Shown here piece after piece: positions 37,701 through 50,337 of a DNA stretch of 64,000 nt; within the stretch, counting starts at the first letter, position 1, and every line of letters starts with the position of its first letter. The translations under genes and the position numbers were made by a program. The notes below the pieces were generated by a model. It was not told where the DNA came from, ran no database searches, and saw nothing but the letters and a program-made list of their open reading frames with translations. The DNA is from Felis catus (lineage: Eukaryota), in contig NC_058368.1 in the NCBI RefSeq assembly GCF_018350175.1, positions 178,128,001 to 178,192,000 of the forward strand, read 5' to 3'.

Positions 37701-39027
37701 TCAAATACAGTGGGTGACTGCACCCACCACGCCTGGAAGAGGAGTCCCTTTCAGAGGGAGGTTCTAAATTTTTACGACACCTCTATCCTGGTATCACGGA
37801 GCAGGAGTTAGCAGCACATATGACCTTGGACAAGCCACTTTACCTCCTTAGTTCTCAGCCTCCCATTCTGAAGATAGAACTTAATCATTTCTAAAATTCT
37901 GATTCCTTGTTGTGCATTTTAAGAGCACCTTTGAAACCATCAGAAAGCCTAGTCTATGTAAAAGGACACTTGCAGATCTGAGAACATCCTGCTTTCCAGG
38001 CTGGAAAGTTTCAAAAAGAGATATCGGGGCCAAGGGAATGGAGGACAGAGGCTGAACTAGCCAACGCAGAAAGAGGTGGGAGGGACTGGCTAGATTTGTC
38101 CCTGTCTCCTCTTTCACCATCTCTGTCCCTCACACAGAGGATTCTTCAACTCACTGTGAAGTCCCTCTAGGAGCATCCGTCCTCCATACTCCATCGAACC
38201 TCCTAACAGAACTTCTTCAACAGTGTGCATGCACTCCTGAATTCTCCCTGTCACCATAACCAGTGGCCCCGAAACTCACTCCTGGCTCCAGCCCCATAGG
38301 AAGGCACAAGGGATTTCCCAGAGGCTTGGCTTTGCACCCTGAGAGAGCCAGGAGCCAGGAGTCTGTCTGATGGAGAGAGCATAGGTTGTGGCAGGAAGCC
38401 CTGAGGCCCTCCTGCCCTCCTGACATGGTGGCCAAGCTCCTGCCCTGCCCCAGCTGGTCTTGGAGGTGAGAAGGGGGTGAGACAGGAGAGAGGTAGGAGA
38501 GGGAGCAAATGAAGCTGCTAGGAGTAAAAGGAGGTAGGACTGAACGGGTGGGCATCGGCGTGCGGTGCCCCATAGAAGCCTCTGGCTCCAAGTCAATTTC
38601 CTTAGTGTGCCCCAGAGCCTGGCCTGCCTTGCAAACATTTCTGTGCGCCCGAAGAGAAAGCTCTTTGGTTTCTCCGGAGAGGCCTTGCTTTCACCTGGGA
38701 ACCCTGAAGGCAGCTGAAACAGGCCTGGTTGAGGAGCTGGTTTTCAGGTTCTCCTTGAATGGAAAGTGGTTTGTGGCTTTTCTCAGAGTTTCCAAGATGT
38801 TCTCACATAAAACAAAGGCTCACAAGTAACAAAGACAATTCAGAGCTGGGGCTGGGGTGGGAGTGGGGTGTCCTATGACTCAGAAACAGTGAGACTTAGA
38901 TGAAAGAACACGGGCCGGCTGGGTGGCTTTTGGCAGGTTACTTAAGCCTCTTTGGACCTCGGTTTCCTTTTCTGACAAACAGAGATGATGGTTTCTTGCA
39001 GTGTTGCTGAATAATTCAGCAATGACA

Positions 39028-39243
39028 GGGGCTCCTGGGTGGCTCAGTCAGTTGAGTGTCTGACTTTGGCTCAGGTCATGATCTCACGGTTTGCGGGTTT
39101 AAGCCCACGTTGGGCTCTGTGCTGACAGCTCAGAGCCTGGAGCCTGCTTTGGATTCTGTGTCTCCCTCTCTCTCTCTCTGCCCCTCCTGCACTCACACTC
39201 TGTCTCTCAAAAATAAATAAATGTTAAAAAAATTTAAAAAAAA
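39028..39243 (+). mobile_element. Can-SINE
   Basis: GGGGCTCCTGGGTGGCTCAGTCAGTTGAG head, A tail. Confidence 0.92.
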
Positions 39244-40879
39244 GAATTCAAGGACAGCTGTAAGGGCATATCTGAAGCTACCTGGCACATTGTAGGTACT
39301 CACTAAATTGTTCTTTTTATTCTGATGTTAGTATCGTTTCATGTTTATACTTCTCTGTCCAATCCTCCATCCAGTATCTGTCTATATCTATCATGAATTT
39401 ATCATATTTCTCATCACTATCATTAATTTGTCATCTATTATCTATCTATTATCCATTTATCCTGTATTCAATCTTCCCAATCAGATTGTAGTGCTTTCAT
39501 TGTGTGGGTCTGTACTATCCTTCTGTGTGGGCATCCGGTAAATATGTTAATAGACTGACTATACCTGGGGTCAGGGCAAGCCAAAACTCAAATTACCAAA
39601 GTAGGTACGATAAGGGGTTTTATCTCCCGGTTTCAAACCATGCTTGAATCTCGTGCCAGCTTCTTAGATTTCTTTCAGAACAACTGAAGGAATAAATGCC
39701 CAGAGTAGGGAGTTTCCATGGAAGCCAAGTCCTGCTTCCAGTGGTCTTGGCCTTGCTCCTTGGCTCCAGAACCCCCAGCAGCCTCTGTACCATCCAAGCC
39801 ACCTAGCTTCCAAGTGTGACCTCTAGTCTCAGGATGCCTGAGGTCAGTGGTATTTTAGGATGTTCAGCTATGCAGACACACTGCCCATGGGTTACTCATG
39901 CCGGTGGCTGCCTCCTACACCACATAGCTGCACACCCTCCTAGAATGTGTCCCAGAAAAACAAAGGCCGGAGCGAGGGAGTATGCCTTGCCTGGTGCATC
40001 AATCACCATGCACACAAGATACTATTAAATCATAATAATGCCATCCGTTTATATGGTGCTTTGTAGTTTTCAGAGCCTTCACACGTGCCTGTGCCTTGTC
40101 TTACTTGAGCCGCATTAAAATCCTGTGAGGCAAGCAGGGTTCGTTCCTTCATTTTCATTTTGTGGATGAGAAAGCTGTGCCCAGAGTCACCCAGCTACTA
40201 AGTATGGACTGGAACCCAGGTCTTAGGATTTTGGGCCCGCTGCTTGCCTCACATGTTCATTCAATGATTTGGGGTGGGGGCTGGGGAGAACAGAGGAATA
40301 GAGTTCAAGTGAAGCAGGGGACAGAGCCAGCCTTTGGATCTTCCTCTGGCCTGGGAGGCCATGCTGGAACAAGGCCACCAAGCACCTGTGATCCCAGGAA
40401 ATGCTGTCTGTCAGAATGAACACCCCACAACCCTGCCAACCCCGCTGGAAACTCTAGACATCCTGGATCTCCTTATTCCCTGCCCCCCCATCAACCGATC
40501 CCCACTCCAGATACTGTCTCGTTTATCTCATCTGTATCTCCTCACCTTGGAGACTGAGGTGTCCTAAAAGAGACCTGCAGGCACCAGGCCCTGTGCAAGA
40601 TGAGCCTCTGAAGTGTGGGCAGAAAATATTAGAATTTCTAGAACTTCAAACAATGGGAAGGACCTTGCATTTTCTAGTATTTACTATGTGATGGGTACTG
40701 GCCACTCACTGCTCTGTCAGTCAGGCCATCCGAGGTCACATGCCAAAGTCACATACCAATCAGCCTGGAAACACTGGCCTGAGATAGAGCAGGGGCTCTA
40801 AACTTGGAGGGCTTGGCACCCACTCCTTTGCTTTCTGTGTAACTTGACCTTCTGCAGGGCAGGTGGGCCAAGTTAAATG

Positions 40880-41555
40880 AATTTATGATTTGTTTTCACT
40901 AAATAAACCCTGAAGAAATAGATACATGCTTAAAAATGAGTCCCGCCAGAGGAAACTACTTCGAGAAGATAGCATTAATAATGCAAACAGAGGCAAACAG
41001 CAAGAAATTGGTAGTGTTGATGCTTGGCCTACCTAATGCCCAGCTTAATTAAACATCTTCCATATGAAGAGTTCGGGTGGTTTTCAAACCTTCTGGTTAA
41101 AAATATAAAATACACAAGAACAACTGATGGACATCAAGAAAAAATGGAAATTTGCCAGCTGGATTTAAACAAAAGCCTTTGTATAATTGGTGAGGAAGAC
41201 TAAAACATTAATATTTTAGTAAGCACAGCCAATGAAGCACTTTTTTCATTTGGATGTCTGTTCCTTACTGTGGTATCTTTTTTCAATTCTGAAAGCTATA
41301 AGAATCAAGCATCAAAGTAATTTGCACTGAAAACCGGATCTTCTAAATACTGAACTGCAAAATGTTAATATGAAGATAGCACAAACATAATAAAACATAT
41401 CAACCACATAGCACTCACTAAAAACATCAGCATTCGTAATAATTCCTTTCAGTGAAAAGGTTTTTTTGTATTATTAACAAAATAAAAGCCTTAAAAGAAG
41501 TGTTATTTTATCCTTAGCTCATTCATTTAAATTCTTCTTTCTATGACTTAACTAT
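40880..41555 (+). mobile_element. hAT-Charlie (Charlie7-like) DNA transposon remnant with decayed transposase C-terminus
   Basis: 41115-41342 translates, with frameshifts and stops, to QEQLMDIKK/NGNLPAGFKQKPLYNW*...LVSTANEALFSFG...VSF/SILKAIRIKHQSNL..KPDL, resembling the hAT dimerisation domain. Confidence 0.7.
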
Positions 41556-41559
41556 GGTA

Positions 41560-42366
41560 TTGTGATTTGTAATATGAAATACATATTTGGTCTTTGTCCT
41601 TCTTACTGGCCCGGAGGTAAAATTCTTGTGATTTTTCCCGGTGATGAGAGTAATAACTATGTCTTTTGTTATGTTAATGTGGTCACTTTTGGAATGCCCC
41701 TGGGTCACCTAAGGGTGGGGGCTGGTTGCCAGAGGAGGCCACCAGGTGATTCGAGGATTGGAACTTTCAGTCCCACCCACTATTTCCAGGGAGGGCAGAG
41801 GGGGCTGGAGGTTGAATCAACCACCATAGGCTAATGACTCGATCAATTATGTTTAAGTAATGAAGCCTCCATAAAATCTCAACAAGACAGGGTTCAGAAA
41901 GTTTCTGCCTTGGTGAACACATGGAGGTACCAGGAAAGTGGTGGGCACGGAGAGGGCATGGGAGCTCTGTGCCCTTCCCCGTATCTTGCCTTGTGCATCA
42001 CTTGTATCCGGCTGTTCCTGAGCTATATCCCTCATAATAAACTGGTAATCTAGTAAGTAAAATATTTCTGAGTTTTGTGAGCAAATTAATCGAACCCAAG
42101 GTCTTTAGAACCAAGGTCACTAGAGCCTCTGATCTACATGCTGGTTGGTCAGAAGCACAGGTGATGGGCCACCTGCACTTGTGATTGGCATCTGAAGTTG
42201 AGGGTGGAGCAGTCTGGTGGGACTGAGCCCTTAACCTGTTGGATCTGATGCTTTCTCTGTGTAGATAGTCTCAGAATTGAGTTGGATTATAGGACATCCA
42301 GCTGATGTTGGAGAATTGCTTGTTGGTGTGGGGAAAAAACCCACACGTTGGAGGTGGGTACAGAAT
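41560..42366 (+). mobile_element. MER21-like ERVL solo LTR nested in the Charlie element
   Basis: TGTGATTTGTAATA...GGGGCTGGTTGCCAGAG...GGACTGAGCCCTTAACCTGT...GGTGTGGGGAAAAAACCCACAC. Confidence 0.78.
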
Positions 42367-43459
42367 CATTACTTGCACCCATACTGTATTAGGACATGAG
42401 ACACGTATGTGATTTCTATGTATATTGAGGGTACAGAGTCAAGAAAATATGGGGAAAGTTGGGCCAGGCTATTGAGGAAGTTCCTGGCTATTCTTTCATC
42501 TTCCAATTATATTTTGCCTACCACATATCACCAGACTGATTTTCATAAAACCGCACAGGGGACCACATTCCTACTCTGATTTCTGCTTTCTGTTGAACCC
42601 CCTCTCCTAGAAAGAGTGGCAGCCCTAAGTGTCTTCTGGGGCTGGGCCGCTGACTTGATGTAAGAAGAGGGTTGAATGTAAGGCATGGTGAAAGCAGCAG
42701 CAAGCAGGAGGATTCTTTTCCTTAAAATATTCCAATTAAAAAATTCTAAACCTTGGACAGACACGAGAAAACCCTGCCCTGGCCTGGATGGAATTTGTGG
42801 GCTGGCTTCAGAAAACCCCTGAGGAGGTCAAGGCTGACCTTGGAAAATGCTCTCCATCTCTTCAGACAGATCTCTTGCTGCTTTCTCCCAAATGGAGTCT
42901 ACACTGTGGTCATTGCTAATTGGTGCTGATCTTGGCCCTATACTAGTCTGTCTTCCTGGCCTAGTAAGCCCCAGCTGAACAAGTCTGGTTCTAATGCATC
43001 CTCCTCTGTGGAGCAACTTGACTGCCCCTTCCCAGAGCTGCCCGAACATGTTGCTCTTACTCTTAGTGGGTTTTACTGTTCTCAACACATCACTGATCTG
43101 CCTGCCTCCACTACCAAGCTGGATGCTCCCTGAGGTCAGGTCCTTTGTCTTATTAATCAGTGCATCCCCAATACCAAGGTCAGCGCCTAGGTCACTGGTG
43201 GGTGAGTCTGCTGAGCTAATGAAAGCATGTAAACAATGGCTACCTGTATGCTGGGTAATAGCAGTACATTATTAACTCTAGTGTTTGCTTCTAGTTTCTA
43301 ATAATAATAATAATCACATGCCTTCTCCTTTCACCCCTCCGCCCTCTCTCTGCAGCTCCCTCAGCTCCAGTGCATGCACTTTTGGACTTTATGTGCTTAA
43401 CAGACAGGAAGTAAAAGAAATGGCAAGTGGTGAAAGTTTCTTTCTCAGCCATGTCTCTG

Positions 43460-43875
43460 CAGTGGAGGCAAAACCATGCAGCGGGTCTGCCTCGATGTGC
43501 CCGTGTCAGCTTCACCAGGAGTACCTATTAAAGATGCACATTCCTGGGGCGCCTGGGTGGCTCAGTTGTTTGAGTGTCCAACTCTTGATTTCAGTTCAGG
43601 TCATGATCCCAGGGTTGTGGGATCAAGCCCTGTGTTGGGCTCTGCGCTGCATGTGGAGCCTGCTTGGGATTCTCTCTCTCTCCCTCTCCCTCTGCTCCTC
43701 CCCCAATTTGTGCTCTCTATCTCTCTCTAGAAGAAAAATTTTTAAAAGATGCACATTCCTGGGCCCCTCTCCTGACCTACTGAATTGGAATCTCAAGAAG
43801 TATGGCCTGGGAATCTGAATTTTAATAAGATTCCCCAGGTAATTCTTCCTGGTTCTAAAATGTGAGGACTGCTGC
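43460..43875 (+). mobile_element. MER5A-like hAT-Charlie MITE split by the SINE above
   Basis: Rejoined halves read ...CACCAGGAG...AAAGATGCACATTCCTGGGCCCC...GACCTACTGAAT...CCCCAGGTAATTCT. Confidence 0.7.
43546..43744 (+). mobile_element. Can-SINE inserted into a MER5A-like element, TSD AAAGATGCACATTCCT
   Basis: TSD 43530-43545 / 43745-43760. Confidence 0.93.
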
Positions 43876-44089
43876 TGTAAGGCAGAGCTCGCATTTCATT
43901 CACTCAGTGACGCAGTGAATCCGCAGTACTGAATACCTACCCCTTCCATGCCGGGCACAGTGCTAAGTGCTGGCGGAACACGGCTGGCTCACACCTGGTC
44001 CTTCCTTTTTTTTGAAGCTCTTAGTTTAGAAGTGCAGACAGACAATAAATAAGAAACATATTTAACTACAACTTGTGATAAGAGCTCTT

Positions 44090-44290
44090 GGGGCAGCTGG
44101 GTGGCTCAGTCGGTTAAGTGTCTGACTTCGGTTCGGGTCATGATCTCATGCATGGTTCATGAGCTGGGGCTCTTTGCTGTCAGCTTGGAGCCTGCTTCAG
44201 ATCCTCTGTCCCCACCTCTCTCTGTCCCTCAAAACTGTCCCTCTCTCTGTCTCCCCCCCCACCCCCCTCAAAAAGAAATAAACATTTAAA
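44090..44290 (+). mobile_element. Can-SINE, TSD AAGAGCTCTT, inside an L2 fragment
   Basis: TSD 44080-44089 / 44291-44300. Confidence 0.9.
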
Positions 44291-45326
44291 AAAGAGCTCT
44301 TAAGGAAACGAACAGACTATCACAACAGGGATTATAGAGAGGGCTGGGCAACTTAGAGTGACCGTAGAGTGTCCCTTTGAAACGGGAAATTGAAGCTGAT
44401 CCCCAGAGGATGAGAAGGAGTTGGCCATGTGTCAGGAAGGCAAGGGAGGTAGGAGGGGGCTGGGGGACACCTGTGGGTGAGCCACCTGGTTTAGGAAAAG
44501 GAGTCCTGATGGGGAGGAGAAGCTGAGGGCTGGCCTTGTGCCTCTCCAGGAGCTTTCCCCTCTCAAACACTGAGAAGCTGTAATGTCTACAGTAACATAA
44601 ACCCTGGCTTAGGGTTAGCAAGCCAGTAACATAAACCCTGGCTTAGACTTTGACCCTTCACGTCTCCTGGGGTTCAGCCAGACTCCCACAGTCTGCGATC
44701 CAAAAGCCAGGGAGGTTTCACTCATTCTCTCCAACCCTGGCTGCTTTGTTCTTTTTCTCTCAACCTCTTCTTTTGAGCTGCTGTCACTGGTGCCTTTAGA
44801 AGACTGCCAGAGCTGTATTGAAGCATTCAAGACCTCAGAACTCACTCCCAAGCCAGAAACACAATCACTGGCACTGTTGGCCATCGGGCAGGTGGAGAAA
44901 GGTGGGCTGGACTACAGGGAAGCAATGTTTTGTGAGGGCAGACCATTCACACCCCTTCTGTGTACCCTGTGCACCCGTTCTCAGGAAGGTGGCCGGAGGA
45001 AAGATTTGTTGCCATGTCCTATGCCAGCGACAGAGCTTCAGCAAAGCCAGGAGAGGGCAAGCGTCTCACCAAACCTCTGCCGTCACTTTCCTATAAAAGA
45101 TCGTGCTGGGCACATCCAGCCTTACCATATTCCCTGTACTCAAAACACAGAACCCAACCTAAAACAAACCCTTATGTCACTGCCACAGAGTAAGGCTATA
45201 GACATTACCTTAATTTGCCAAAATGTTTCACTGGTTAGTTTCCAGGGGTCCTTGAAGGTGGCCTATGCTTTTGAGCCCAGCGTGACCTCTCACTGCTTCA
45301 AAGAGGTCCAGCGGAATAAAAATTAT

Positions 45327-45821
45327 TGTGAAGGGAAGGCACCTGAGCTCCTGAAACCTCTTATCTGCCTGAAAACATTGCTTCATAAAGAATTCAAAAT
45401 TGTCACGAAGCCCTTCCCCCAGAACAGCTAGGAAATATTGATTCTTACCACCCCAGATAAGCACTTCATACCTAAACAAGCATGGTCACAAAACTGTCGT
45501 ATCTCCCATCCATTCTCCTCAGGCCTCATTTATGTTTCCTAAAAGTCATTTGTTTTTCTGGTAAATGTTCTCTCTCCCCTCCCCCCACTTCTAAGGGGCC
45601 ACTTTTTTTTCTGTAAGTGTCCTTCTCCTCACTCCTTCCCTTAGTAAGAGGGCATATAAGCCCCAATTCTAACTGCCTCTGAGTCACATTTCTTTGTGAA
45701 CCCCCATATCTATGTAAATGAAAACCTGTCTTTTCTCTTGCTCATCTGTCTTTTGTCTGCTTAATTCCCTGGCCCCAAACACCTTCAGAAGAGGATACAG
45801 GGAAAGTTCTTTCTCCCCAGC
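45327..45821 (+). mobile_element. MER34/MER39-like ERV1 solo LTR (left boundary uncertain)
   Basis: TATA-like GGCATATAAG at ~45651; end TCTGTCTTTTGTC...GGCCCC...AAAGTTCTTTCTCCCC. Confidence 0.6.
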
Positions 45822-46576
45822 GGCTCCTTTTCATTTACCAAGTTGTCCCTGCCCACCCGGGATTCCTGGCATCTTCCTCAGAAGTCAAGAGGAGTCTCTC
45901 TGGATGAGAGGGGCTGAGGGTCTGTTTACCACAGGGAGACACGAGAAGACGCTGCTGAGGCCATCGGAGCCCAGGGTGCTGGGGCTGGTTTGGGATCAGC
46001 AATTTCAGTTTACGTGCCTGAGCAGAACACAGCAGAAGCATTGGAGTCAAAAGTGGGATCTGATACCTTGGCTCTGATAATTCCTACTCTGCGATCTTGG
46101 TAAATCACCTAATCATCTTGAACTTCAGCTTTTCGTCTGTATAATGGGGATAATAATACCTACTCTGTGGCATCAGCATAGGGAGTATACCTTGGACTAT
46201 GCCTGACACACAAGTGGTGCTCAATAAATATTTTTTATCTGTGATTTCACACCCAGGGCCTTCAGTGGCTAGTTGCACGCTCCCTGGCAGTGTTTTGTGT
46301 TATAAGCTGCTGACATGACACCCCGGCGCCAGAAAGCTGCCAGCCCCTAGGCCTCAGGGACAGCTGACACAAAGGGATCTTTGCAGTACCTGGCTGTCAG
46401 GGTCTGCAGAGCCATTAGCCTGCCAGGGGAGCTCCAGAGCCCTGGAATACAGACTAGCACAGGTGTGGGGTCACTTCACTGACCTTCAAAGTGGCTCATC
46501 GTCACTTCAGGGCGAACCCAAATGTGAGCTGCCTACTGTCACAGCTAAGTTTTCTATTTCTCAGAAAGTTCACATA

Positions 46577-46770
46577 GGGGCACCTGGGTGGTTAAGCGTC
46601 CGACTCTTGGTTTCGGCTCAGGTCATGATTTCACGGTTTGGGGGTTCGAACCCTGCATCGAGCCCTGCACGGCTGGTGCAGGGCCTGCTTGGGATTCTCT
46701 CTCTCTCCCTCTCTCTCTGCCCCTCCCCTGCTCTCTCTGTCTCTCAAAAATAAGTAAACTTAAAAAAAAA
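46577..46770 (+). mobile_element. Can-SINE with a short A-box deletion
   Basis: GGGGCACCTGGGTGGTTAAGCGTCCGAC head, CT body, A tail. Confidence 0.9.
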
Positions 46771-48424
46771 GTTAGGATAGAATTTGAGAGCCTACCATGT
46801 GTCAGATGCTTTTCTAGGTGTTGGGGACACAGCTGTGAACAAAATAGGCAGAGTTTCTGCTTTCCGGAAATATGCATTCTAGTGAGGAGAGACAAACAAA
46901 TAAATGCATATCACATAGGTTCTGAGTCAGGTAGAGATAAGCATTATGAAGAACTATAAAGCTAAAGGCATGGGGAATGGTAGGGGTTCTATTTCAGATG
47001 GGGTGGTCATGGGAGGCCTGTCTGAGGAGGTGACATTAGAGGGAGGCCCAAAGGAAGGGATATGCTGTCCCATCCTGGCTTCTCTCTTCTAGCCCTATTC
47101 CCCATCAATAGTCTTTCTGAAATTCTCCTCCCATCAGGTGACTTCCCTGCTTAAAGATCCTTCAGTGGCTTTTTTCCTAAGTAAAGCCCTTTGGACATGG
47201 CATTCAAAACCTTCAGGGTCTGGCCACAAAGATACTCACCTTCCATCTCTGCTTCACTCTGCAATTATCAATCCACACAGAACCACTTACAGTTCTCCAA
47301 GTCTCTCTCTGTCTCTCCCTTTCTCCCTTCTCCACCTCTTCCTTCTCTCTCACCCAGCTTTGCACATGCTGTTCCGTGCCAGGAACATCCTTTGTCCTCT
47401 TCTTAGTATCCATCGGGCCAATCTCAACAGGTCCCTTGGAGTCCATCTTGTCCCCACCAGGTTTCCCCCCTTCCTCTATGCTGACTGCTACACCATAGCA
47501 CCTCCAGCCCCAGCGTCCAGTCCACCAGAGACCACAAAGGACATGGTTTGTATCCTCCCTGCCCTACGCCAGGTGATGAGCTCCTAGATAAATTACTTGC
47601 ATCCATTTTTAACACCCAGCATAGAACTGGACACTTTGTAGGCACTGAATGAATTAATGAATAAGGAAAAGAATCCATTCTATTCATTCTCCACCATTTC
47701 AGTGAGCCCTTTCCAGCATGGCATGTTTCATGTAGCATGAAAACTACATCCGGTCTCTTTATCCCAAGAAATGTCCTTTTTCTCCCCACTATCTGCTCAG
47801 GAGTCCTTTCCACTGTTGTCCCCGTGTTTTCCTGTTTCATGCTGTCTCCTTTCTTGACTCACCTCTGCAGGCCGGTGTCTCCAGTTGTGGGTCTGGGACC
47901 CAGACCTGCACATCTGTAGCCATGCTCCAACTCCTCCCAGCTGACCCAGACCTTTTTCCTGATGACCTAGATCTCCTCTGGGATCCCCAATTTGAGATGG
48001 ACTGTGGATCCTGGTTGTATAGAACCGAGGCCATTTTAAACTAGGAGGCATTTGCTGAACCAGGTGGAGCTGGCCTAGAGGCCACCCCAGGCCTGAAGAC
48101 AGAGGCAGGCAGTGGAACTGTCCATATCACTATGACCCCACATCCCCAAAGGTCATCTGCATTGACCACACTGACTAAAGACCATACGTGGCTTTGGCGA
48201 TTCTTGGCCACCATCTTAAAAACATGGCCCTGTTTTACCTTCTACTAGCTTGAACTTTAGGAACTTAAATACTCTGACCTGATGTTTGCTTAAGTCACTA
48301 CCTTGCCTTGAACATGGTGATCAGACTGCCTGGTTATTCTCTCAATGAGAGACCATGTACTCATGCACACTTTCAGCCATTTGACCCATATTTATTGGGT
48401 TGGGCCCTTTGCTAGGCTTTAGAT

Positions 48425-48636
48425 CAGAGTCGGCAAATGTGTTGGGTAAAGGGCCAGATGGTGTGTGTTTAAGGCTCTCTGGCCACGCTGCAACTACTCG
48501 GTCCTGATGGTGTAGAGCAGAGGCAGCCATAGGGAATATGTACCTGAATGGATGAGGCGATATCTTAATGAAGACTTATTTACAAAGACAGGCATTGGTC
48601 AGGATTGGCCCACGGCCTGGAGTTTGCTGACCTTTG
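48425..48636 (+). mobile_element. MER58A-like hAT MITE
   Basis: CAGAGTCGGCAAA...TAAAGGGCCAGATG...GCAACTACTC...AGTTTGCTGACC terminal inverted repeats. Confidence 0.8.
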
Positions 48637-48809
48637 CTTTATACTGTTGATGACTCATGAACTAGAGCATGTGTCAAGACACTGCCTTTGTGTGGAGATT
48701 GGGCCCCTTTGAAATGAAACGTTTGGAAAACTGAACTCATTTCTGTAACTTCCCCCACCAAATCAGCACCTGTTCCCTCATTCTAACTTTTTCTTTAATA
48801 TAAATTTCA

Positions 48810-49012
48810 AGGGTGCCTGGGTGGCTCAGTCAGTTAAGCGACCGACTTCAGCTCAGGTCATGGTCTCGTGGTTCTTGAGTTTGAGACCCGGGTCGCGCTC
48901 TGTGCTGACAGCTCAGAGCCTGGAGCCTTCTTCAGATTCTGTGTCTCCCTCTCTCTCTGCCCCTCCCCTACTTGCACTCTGTCTCTCTTGCTGTCTCTCT
49001 CTCAAAAAAAAA
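48810..49012 (+). mobile_element. Can-SINE (left member of a tail-to-tail pair)
   Basis: Head GGGTGCCTGGGTGGCTCAGTCAG. Confidence 0.92.
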
Positions 49013-49015
49013 TTT

Positions 49016-49028
49016 AAGTTTATTTATT

Positions 49029-49075
<47 letters not shown>

Positions 49076-49234
49076 AAGTGGGGGAGGTGCAGAGAAAGAG
49101 GGAGAGAGAGAGAATCCCAAGCAGGCTCTGCACTGACAGTGCAGAGCCCAATGTGGGACTCAAACTCATTAACCCTGAGATCATGACCTGAGCTGAAGTT
49201 GGACCCTTAACCAACTGAGCCACCCAGGCACCCT
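49016..49234 (-). mobile_element. Can-SINE inserted antisense into the A-tail of the previous SINE
   Basis: (GA)n body; ends ...GAGCCACCCAGGCACCC; flanked by AAAAAAAATTT on both sides. Confidence 0.92.
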
Positions 49235-49844
49235 AAAAAAAATTTTTTTTAATAAAAAATGCAATTCCATTAGACCTGTTCCCTGAGATGTTCCAATCAA
49301 CTTTCCTTATTTCTTTCCTTTACCATCTGCCTGCCTCCTTGAGGAGGCAGAATGTCAGGCTGTCACTGCCCTATTCCGCGTGCAACTCCTTGCAGGGGCC
49401 CTCAGGACTTCCTGCTGGAGTTACTACAGCAGTGGGGTCCTAACCGGGGCAGCTGGAGCTCACCCCTGGGTTCTCTCAAAGCTGGCCTGCCCAAGGTCTA
49501 CTGCAAACCCAAACCAGTTTGGGTGGGAGGAGGTTTCCATTCTTCACAGGCCTCAGATTTCAGTGCCTTTCTGAGGCCAGGCAACCACTCTTCGCTCAAG
49601 AGAGAGGCAGGAGATAGCCCTGGGTTAATCCATGGTCCCCGCCTCCCACAGTAGGTGCCTCCAAATCCTCCTTCCTGAAAACCCACACCCTGTGGCTGCC
49701 TTGCTCCACTTGTGTTATGGGACATGTGCACTGTTCATTTGTCAGCACTCATCACTCACCACCGATTCGAAAGTATTTACCAGGCGCCTTTCATGTTCCA
49801 GGGAGACTCGGTCCTTGCCCTTACGAGTTTCCAGGCTAGTGAAT

Positions 49845-50030
49845 GCCTTCTGAAAAGGGACACGTAGTAAACATTTCTACCTGTGCGGGCCTCATGGTCT
49901 CTCACAACTACTCAACTCTGCTATTGTAATTCAAAGAAGTCTCGGACAATACATAAACACATGCTCCAATAAAACTATTTATAAAAAGGAGGCAGCGGGC
50001 GGGTTAGGCCCATAGGACATGGTTTGCAGC
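49845..50030 (+). mobile_element. Second MER58A-like fragment
   Basis: AAAGGGACACGTAGTAAACATTT...CAACTACTCAACTCTGC...CCAATAAAACT. Confidence 0.65.
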
Positions 50031-50148
50031 TGTGATTGTTCTACATTTTAGCACTGCTTCATTGCTGTGCTAAAAACTGTGATTCTGTCAAACACCAGCG
50101 CATGAGAACTGAGAAGTACCTAAATCCTTAACAAAACAAAGTAACACG

Positions 50149-50337
50149 AGGAGCGCCTGGGTGGCTCAGTCGGTTAAGCTTCTGACTTTGGCTCAGGTCA
50201 TGATCTCGCGGTCTGTGGGTTCGAGCCCCGCGTCGGGCTCTGTGCTGACAGCCCAGCTGCTTTGGATTCTGTGCCTCCCTCTCTCTGCCCTTCCCCCTGC
50301 TCTTGCTCTGTCTCTCAAAAACAAACAAACAAACAAT
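50149..50337 (+). mobile_element. Can-SINE with (CAAA)n tail
   Basis: GGAGCGCCTGGGTGGCTCAGTCGG head. Confidence 0.9.

Noticed and set aside
43285..43818. 177-aa ORF
   Set aside because: Made of MER5A-like and Can-SINE sequence (GAPGWLS... translation)
44790..45431. 213-aa plus-strand ORF, the longest in the window
   Set aside because: Non-ATG (GTG) start, no recognisable domain, runs into an LTR-like element
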